Shown in pieces: positions 57,681 to 64,000 of a stretch of 64,000 nt of DNA (within the stretch, counting starts at the first letter, position 1; every line of letters begins with the position of its first letter). The notes under the pieces were generated by a model, which was not told the DNA's origin, made no database searches, and worked only from the letters and a program-made list of their open reading frames with translations. The translations under genes and the position numbers were made by a program. Source of the DNA: an uncultured Melioribacter sp. (GTDB taxonomy: Bacteria; Bacteroidota; Ignavibacteria; Ignavibacteriales; Melioribacteraceae); NCBI GenBank assembly GCA_964575995.1, contig CAZNTN010000007.1, forward strand, positions 2,515 to 66,514, written 5' to 3'.

Positions 57681-60600
57681 ATGAACTCTTACTTATCTGA
57701 AATACAAAATAAACTGCGTGCAGTTATAGAGCGAGAAAAACGAAGAGACGGCTTAAATAATCTGCTCGCCTTGGTCTTTGTAGGTTTTGTTGGATTGTTT
57801 TTCTCTGTACTTATTGAGTTGCTTTCACACTATAACAGTTCTGATAGAACCACTTTATTCTTTGCATGGATTTCTACACTGTTTATAATATTTCTTGTGC
57901 TTGTTGTATATCCTTTTATAAAAGATTTTTATTCATTTCTCAAACCAAATTATGTTGAAACTGCTAAAAAGATTGGTGCTGAGTTCCCGGAAATAAAGGA
58001 GGAGCTTTCTAACGCACTACAATTGATAGATGAAAAAAGCTCATTTCATTCTAAACAATTGGTTGAAGCTGCCTTTAAGCGTGTGTATGAAAAAACTTTT
58101 TTATTAAACTTTACATCCATTGTCGATTTCTCCCGGACAAAGCAGATGTTTCGCATAACTTTAATAACCGCCTTAACTACAACTATTTGTCTTCTGTTAA
58201 TTCCAGGATTAAACTCCGCTGCATTCCGTTTATTTAATTACGAAAAGGATTTTTCTGTTCCACCCGCTTTTGTTTTTAAGATAAAGCCCGGAAACAAGGA
58301 GATTGCCAAAGGCGAATCGGTCTTAATTACTATTCAAACAGTTGGTAAAAAGGTTGAAGAGGTAACTATTTACACTAAAACAGCGGAACAAACAGAAACA
58401 AGCGAACTTAAACTTTTGACCGATTCTTTAGGCAGTTTTAAGCACGAAGCGGTTTCGTTAAAAAGCACAACAGAATATTTTGTATATGCTGAGGGTATCA
58501 CAAGTGAGATTTATAAAATATCTGTTATCAACAGACCTATTATAACTTCGCTGGACGTAACAGTAATTCCGCCGGCATACTCTAAGTTACCGTCTGCTAT
58601 TCAAAAGGATAATGGCAACATAACAGCTTTGCCAGGAAGCAAAATCCGTTTAAACGCAACGGCTTCTAGAGAACTATACAGAGCGAAAATTGTTTTTGGT
58701 GATAACACGGACAAACATTTGTTGGTTAATTACCAAAAAGCTTCAACCGAAATAACAGCCAACAGCGATATTAATTATCATCTTATAATTACAGATAAAC
58801 AAGGTTTTGAAAATGCTAATCCTATTACTTACTCAATTAAAACTATGCCGGATTATCCGCCGGTAATAGAATTTATTTCGCCAACAGCAAATGTTACTTT
58901 GGGAAACGAAACAAAAATTTCGCTGATAACAAAAATTAGAGACGATTATGGCTTCTCATCGCTTAATCTTAATTACAAATTATCTCAATCAAAATATAGA
59001 GAGCCAGAAGAGAACTTTACCCAAAAGCCGGTAACTATATCGAAAGAGAAAAAAGAAGATGATGTTTATTATGTGTGGGATTTATCCCCGCTGTATCTAG
59101 CCGAAGGAGAAGCGCTTACTTTTTATTTGGAAGTTTTCGATAACGATAACATTAACGGTCCAAAATCTGCCAGAACAGAAAGTTTAACAATTCTTGTTCC
59201 TTCGCTTGAGCAGATACTTGCCAGCTCAGAAAAGACACAGGAAACCAGCATTAATGAGTTAAACGAAACATTAAAAGAAGCCGGGCGTTTGCAGCAAGAA
59301 ATGAAGAAAATAAGCGATGATATGAAGTTGAATAACAACGAAATTTCCTGGCAGGAAAAGGAACGTATTGAAAACGCAATTGAAAAATTCAAACAACTCG
59401 GTGATAAGGTTGAAGATATTTCTCAAAAACTTTCTGAGATGCAGAAAGACTTGATGAAGAACAATCTTCTTTCAGAAGAAACTTTACAGAAATACAACGA
59501 ACTTCAGGAATTGATGAATCAGTTCGACAGCAAAGAATTAAGAGATGCACTGAGCAGAATGAACGAGGCTCTAAAAAACATGATGCGTGACAATGTGCAA
59601 ATGTCTATGGAAGAATTGAAGGCGAACGAAGAGTATTTTAAGAAAAGTATAGAGCGGACTCTAAATTTGCTGAAACGAATTCAAGCAGAACAAAAAGTTG
59701 ATGAGATGATTAAGCGGACAGAAGACATTTCAGAAAAAATTGAGGAGCTGCAAAAGCAAACGGAGCGAAGTAATTTGAACGATACGCAGAAAAGAAATGA
59801 GCTTTCTAAAAAACAAAGTGAAATTTCAGATAGATTGCAAAAACTAAATGAAGCTATGAAAGATGCTCAAGATAAAATGAACGAGCTTAAAGATATGCCT
59901 AAGGAAGAAATGCAAAAACTTGCCGAAGAGTTTGAAAAACAAAATAACGATGAGCTTTCTGAAGAAGCGATGAAACATTTACAGCAAATGCTGAAACAAC
60001 AGGCGATGCAAAATCAGCAGATGATTGCAGGCAACATTAAAAATATGAAGCAGATGATTAAGAATGTGCAATCCGCAATGCAGCAGTTGAACCAGACAAA
60101 GACTTTTTTAGATATGGCGAAAATTCTAAATGATTTGATAGAGCTTTCCAAACAGCAAGAAAATCTTAAAAACAAAACAGAGCAGATGAGTCCTTACTCG
60201 CAAGAGTTTGGCAAGAATGCCCGCGAGCAGAATGAGGTTAGAAGCAGCCTGAATAAAGTTCTTCAGAATATGAGCGAACTTTCTCAAAAGACTTTTGCTA
60301 TTACTCCGGAAATGGGAAAAGCCTTAGGACAAGCTCTTTCAGAAATGCAGCAAGCGGTTACAGTTATGCAAACACCTGGCGCATCGCAGCCTGCTTTTAG
60401 AAATCAAACAAATGCAATGTCGCAATTGAATGAAGCGGCGAGTATGCTTAAGGGCGGAATGGACCAAATGATGCAGGGCGGTCAAGGCGGCGGTATGATG
60501 AGTATGATGCAGCAGCTTCAACAGATGGCACAGCAGCAGATGAGTTTAAACCAGCTTACGCAAATGATGAATCAAGGAAAGATGTCACAAGAAATGATGA

Positions 60601-61046
60601 GCCAGATGCAGCGGCTTGCACAACAGCAGGAGCAAATTAGAAAGTCCTTGGAACAGCTAAATCAAGAAGCAAAGCAATCGGGACAATCAAAACGTCTTGC
60701 TTCCAATCTTGAAAAAATTCTGAATGAAATGAAAGAAGTTGTAACAAATCTTCAATCGGAAAAAGTTGATGACGAATTAATAAAGCAGCAAGAAAAGATT
60801 TTGTCGAAACTTGTTGATGCTCAGCGCTCTATTAATGAAAGGGATTTTGAAAAAGACCGCAAATCCAACACAGGAGAAAATGCTGCGAGAAACACTCCGC
60901 CTGAGTTAATCCTTTCTACCGAAGAAGGAAAAAACAAACTGCGAGATGAACTTCAAAAAGCAATTCGTGAAGGTTACAAGAAGGATTATGAGGATTTAAT
61001 CAGAAAGTATTTTGAAGCGCTGCAAAAGGTGAAAATTGAAAAGTGA
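57681..61046 (+). CDS. DUF4175-like membrane-anchored coiled-coil protein
   Basis: N-terminal TMs, PPAYS, DDYG, DND...GP, Q/M/E-rich coiled coil, Y..LIRKYF end. Confidence 0.8.
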   Translation: MNSYLSEIQNKLRAVIEREKRRDGLNNLLALVFVGFVGLFFSVLIELLSHYNSSDRTTLFFAWISTLFIIFLVLVVYPFIKDFYSFLKPNYVETAKKIGAEFPEIKEELSNALQLIDEKSSFHSKQLVEAAFKRVYEKTFLLNFTSIVDFSRTKQMFRITLITALTTTICLLLIPGLNSAAFRLFNYEKDFSVPPAFVFKIKPGNKEIAKGESVLITIQTVGKKVEEVTIYTKTAEQTETSELKLLTDSLGSFKHEAVSLKSTTEYFVYAEGITSEIYKISVINRPIITSLDVTVIPPAYSKLPSAIQKDNGNITALPGSKIRLNATASRELYRAKIVFGDNTDKHLLVNYQKASTEITANSDINYHLIITDKQGFENANPITYSIKTMPDYPPVIEFISPTANVTLGNETKISLITKIRDDYGFSSLNLNYKLSQSKYREPEENFTQKPVTISKEKKEDDVYYVWDLSPLYLAEGEALTFYLEVFDNDNINGPKSARTESLTILVPSLEQILASSEKTQETSINELNETLKEAGRLQQEMKKISDDMKLNNNEISWQEKERIENAIEKFKQLGDKVEDISQKLSEMQKDLMKNNLLSEETLQKYNELQELMNQFDSKELRDALSRMNEALKNMMRDNVQMSMEELKANEEYFKKSIERTLNLLKRIQAEQKVDEMIKRTEDISEKIEELQKQTERSNLNDTQKRNELSKKQSEISDRLQKLNEAMKDAQDKMNELKDMPKEEMQKLAEEFEKQNNDELSEEAMKHLQQMLKQQAMQNQQMIAGNIKNMKQMIKNVQSAMQQLNQTKTFLDMAKILNDLIELSKQQENLKNKTEQMSPYSQEFGKNAREQNEVRSSLNKVLQNMSELSQKTFAITPEMGKALGQALSEMQQAVTVMQTPGASQPAFRNQTNAMSQLNEAASMLKGGMDQMMQGGQGGGMMSMMQQLQQMAQQQMSLNQLTQMMNQGKMSQEMMSQMQRLAQQQEQIRKSLEQLNQEAKQSGQSKRLASNLEKILNEMKEVVTNLQSEKVDDELIKQQEKILSKLVDAQRSINERDFEKDRKSNTGENAARNTPPELILSTEEGKNKLRDELQKAIREGYKKDYEDLIRKYFEALQKVKIEK

Positions 61047-61226
61047 AAAGTCACAAATAAGTAATATGCACTATTCAAATCACCTAACAATTCTTGAATT
61101 CTGCGCTGAACAATTTTATCTTTTCCCGCTTGCTAACGGCAGTGTCAGCTTAGTATTTTCATTTAGTTCTCTTTCCCGGTTTGTGTTCAAAAGTAATGAT
61201 TCTCAAATGTTACTCCGCGAGGCAGC

Positions 61227-62666
61227 ATGAAATATTTATTACTAGTTCTTTTTCTTTGCACAACTATTGAAGCACAAACTATTCTGCCGACACTAATAGA
61301 CAAGCAGATAATCGGCTTCACCTTCAACGAAGATTTTTCTCAAGCAGTAAAACTTTCTCAAGAACAAATTAACAAGAACCCAAATTCGCCCAAATATTAT
61401 TACTATCTGATTAATGCCAAGATTTTAGAGTATTATGAAAAAACAGCAGAGCTTGCGCCCGAAAAAAGAGAGGAAGGGAGAAAAAAGCTGAATGGAGAAA
61501 TAATCAAGTACTGCGAGAGCGTTGTTAAAAAGTTTGAAGATGCTTCACTAAACACAGAACAGAAATTTTACTTTTCAACAATCTATGGTTACTTAGCAAG
61601 GGTATATGGCGTTGATGGTTCTTGGTGGAGCGCATTTAGAACTGGATTAAAAGCCAAAAATTTGGCAGAGGAGGTAATCAAAGCAAACCCAAATTTTTAT
61701 GATGCTTATTTAGTTGTAGGAATGTTGAATTATTATTCCGATAGACTTAGCGGCGTTGCAGGTTTTATTGCAGGTGCTTTAGGTTTTTCCGGCGATCGGG
61801 AGAAAGGATTAGCTCAACTTCGTTTAGCTTACGAAAAAGGAAGCTTAACTTTTGGTCAATCCGCTCAAACTCTTATAGAAGTTTACTCAAATCTCGAAGA
61901 CAATGAAACCGCAGCAATTCCGGTTTACGAAAATTTTTTGAAGAGCTTTCCAGAAAATAAAAGAACACTAAACGCATACTGTTTGGAGCTTATGAGTATT
62001 TGGGAGTTTAAAAGAGTAGAAAATATTATCAAAGCCGATAAGCAAAATATGATTAGCGAGTTTGTAAAAGCGCGTTTTTACGATATGCAAGGGGAAAGCG
62101 ACTATGCAATAAAATTTGGCGAAGCTGCAGTTGATAATGAAAAAGCACAGCCGCGAGGCGGAGTTTCGGCTTCGCGCTACATTGTGGTCTATAATGCATG
62201 GTTAACCGTTGATAAAGCCCGAATAAAAAAACACTCCGGCGAACTGAACGAAAGGTTTTTAGAAAATTTTAACCTTGCCATAAGATATGAACCTGAAAGT
62301 AGGTGGCTGCGTGATCTAACAATCTTAATTACAAAAAATAAAAGCCCGCAAGAATTTGAAGCGTTTGCTAAAACTGCACCCGATTTCAAAAATGCAAGTG
62401 TATTGGCGGACCAACACAATTACCTAATGGGTTCCTTTTATTACAAGAATAATCTGCTTGATAAAGCTGAAACTTGGTTTAAGAAATCCGTTACTTCTAA
62501 AAATGAGCGGTTAAGAAATACCGCAGTCAAATATCTACTAGAAATTTACCTTAAGGAAACAGTTGATAAATCGAAAGCAAAGTATCTTGCAGATGTTATT
62601 GAAGATATTGATAACGACAGATTGAGCTACCGAGCAAGAGATTTAGAAAAGAAGTACAATTTGTAG
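61227..62666 (+). CDS. Secreted TPR-like protein
   Basis: Signal peptide; NPNFYDAYLVVG and other TPR-like helices. Confidence 0.7.
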   Translation: MKYLLLVLFLCTTIEAQTILPTLIDKQIIGFTFNEDFSQAVKLSQEQINKNPNSPKYYYYLINAKILEYYEKTAELAPEKREEGRKKLNGEIIKYCESVVKKFEDASLNTEQKFYFSTIYGYLARVYGVDGSWWSAFRTGLKAKNLAEEVIKANPNFYDAYLVVGMLNYYSDRLSGVAGFIAGALGFSGDREKGLAQLRLAYEKGSLTFGQSAQTLIEVYSNLEDNETAAIPVYENFLKSFPENKRTLNAYCLELMSIWEFKRVENIIKADKQNMISEFVKARFYDMQGESDYAIKFGEAAVDNEKAQPRGGVSASRYIVVYNAWLTVDKARIKKHSGELNERFLENFNLAIRYEPESRWLRDLTILITKNKSPQEFEAFAKTAPDFKNASVLADQHNYLMGSFYYKNNLLDKAETWFKKSVTSKNERLRNTAVKYLLEIYLKETVDKSKAKYLADVIEDIDNDRLSYRARDLEKKYNL

Positions 62667-62743
62667 TATAAAATAAAAGCGCAGAGAATTACCTTAATGT
62701 TATTAAAAGATTTTTCGCTGCGCTAAGAATGATAAGGTTATAC

Positions 62744-63115
62744 TTATTTGCTAGAATGAAAAGCCACTCTGTTTCCTTCGCTGTCTATAATAATTGCCAT
62801 GTAACCAATTTCTTCTGTAATTAATTTTTTTGGCAGAATAACTTTACCGCCGGCGGCTTCAACTTTTGAAAGGGGAATTTCTAAATCCGGGTTAGCATTT
62901 AAATAAATAATGAGACCATCGGTAGTTGGCTTGTACCACTCACCTTTACAAAGTGAACCGCTTACACTTTCTCCTTCCATTGGAAAGAAAGCCATATCAA
63001 TTCCCTCCATATTTGTTTGGTACATAGATTCATACCCCATCACTTCTGAATAAAACTTTACTGCGCGGTCCATGTCTGTTACCGGTATTTCAAACCAATT
63101 TAAAACATTTGCCAT
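62744..63115 (-). CDS. VOC/glyoxalase family protein
   Basis: WFEIPVTDMDRAVKFY, VEAAGG, DSEGNRVAFHS. Confidence 0.92.
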   Translation of the reverse strand: MANVLNWFEIPVTDMDRAVKFYSEVMGYESMYQTNMEGIDMAFFPMEGESVSGSLCKGEWYKPTTDGLIIYLNANPDLEIPLSKVEAAGGKVILPKKLITEEIGYMAIIIDSEGNRVAFHSSK

Positions 63116-63174
63116 AACATTTCCTTTCTATTATTGATTGTGTTTTACTTTCGAGAGTAAATATAAATAATAGT

Positions 63175-63801
63175 TCAACCATTACTAAAGCCGCTTTTAT
63201 TTCTTTTAAAGATTACGTAACGGTTCCCATATTTAAGCGGCTGTGTATATTCATCAACAGCAAGCCTTTTTAGAATGCGGTTGATTGATTCTGGATAAAG
63301 CAGCACATCCTTTTTGCCCAAGAAACCATTTGTGTATTTGGATGAATCGCTCGAATATTTTTTTGCAAGCGCTCCAAAATCGTCTCCTTTATTAAGCTTA
63401 GACAAAACAACCAAAACCGAATCGTAAGAATCACATAGAATTTGAGAAAGAGTAATAAAATGCGGCTCTTCGTATTGAATCTTAACTTTTTGCACGAGCC
63501 AAATATTAACCGGCTTGTTATCAATTCTAGCCGGCTCATATTTCCATTTCTTAATAGATGAACAGGCGAGCGAATCCCAATGCGGGTCGCTGCTTCCATT
63601 AAGAAGTTCAGCTCTTGCTACTTTTCCTTTTTCATCTATCAGCATTTTAACAACAAGCCGAAACTCAGGGTTGATAAATCTTCTGGGAATATGAGGAAGC
63701 TCTGTGTGTTCTAAAAGCATTGGCAGGTTAGAATATTTTTGGCTGATTTGATTAGTTGTGCATCCAAATACTAAACAGCAGCAAACTATTAACTTTTTCA
63801 T
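63175..63801 (-). CDS. TonB C-terminal domain + parvulin-like domain lipoprotein
   Basis: IDEKGKV...W.YEPA..DNKPV; G.DFGALAKKYSSD....GFLG...PL. Confidence 0.75.
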   Translation of the reverse strand: MKKLIVCCCLVFGCTTNQISQKYSNLPMLLEHTELPHIPRRFINPEFRLVVKMLIDEKGKVARAELLNGSSDPHWDSLACSSIKKWKYEPARIDNKPVNIWLVQKVKIQYEEPHFITLSQILCDSYDSVLVVLSKLNKGDDFGALAKKYSSDSSKYTNGFLGKKDVLLYPESINRILKRLAVDEYTQPLKYGNRYVIFKRNKSGFSNG

Positions 63802-63899
63802 GGCTCACTCCGCCTTCTTTTGAGTGAATAGAAAAAATTTGTTTAAGAGCTATGTTCAACAAAAAATTATTTACGTCTGTAATGTAATCTGATTTTACA

Positions 63900-64000
63900 T
63901 TAAAAGCGATTCATTTTACACTTCTCTAATGCAGCAATAAGATGCCTTCCTCTGGCTTTAACCGCCGGCGTTCCATTAATCATTTGTTTTTCGATCTCTT
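63900..64000 (-). CDS. 3' end of a gene running in from beyond the window
   Basis: ...EIEKQMINGTPAVKARGRHLIAALEKCKMNRF*. Confidence 0.5.
   Translation of the reverse strand, partial: EIEKQMINGTPAVKARGRHLIAALEKCKMNRF

Noticed and set aside
62678..62724. Terminator between the TPR and VOC genes
   Set aside because: AGCGCAG/CTGCGCT arms enclose an overlong loop with no clear U-tract.

Overview
AT-rich bacterial chromosome segment. T9SS C-terminal domains, TAnnTTTG promoters and the gene content suggest Ignavibacteriota or a related FCB-group lineage (inference). It mostly holds housekeeping and secreted-enzyme genes (valS, rlmD, S9 peptidases, TonB receptor, rubrerythrin, ppnP) plus several decayed pseudogenes and small repeat families. 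Two systems stand out. (1) 32.5-42.2 kb is an integron-like array. Five ~135-140 bp attC-like imperfect inverted repeats each lie just past the stop codon of a minus-strand gene block. An attI-like half-site sits next to a divergent tyrosine recombinase that lacks the IntI-specific insertion. Cargo includes a PleI/MlyI-like R-M system and a second R-M pair whose HNH gene is broken by a ~1.1 kb phage-like fragment. (2) 23.3-30.7 kb is an operon encoding a repeat lipoprotein, a GAF-sigma54 activator, a Ser/Thr kinase with PEGA domains, a Kelch-T9SS protein and a TPR-like protein. It is followed directly by tandem enhancer-like sites, a consensus sigma54 promoter and a ~77-nt non-coding unit ending in a hairpin and U-tract, a candidate unannotated sigma54-dependent sRNA. 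No rRNA, tRNA, CRISPR array or reverse transcriptase was seen. All family calls come from motif recognition and recalled sequences, not database searches.
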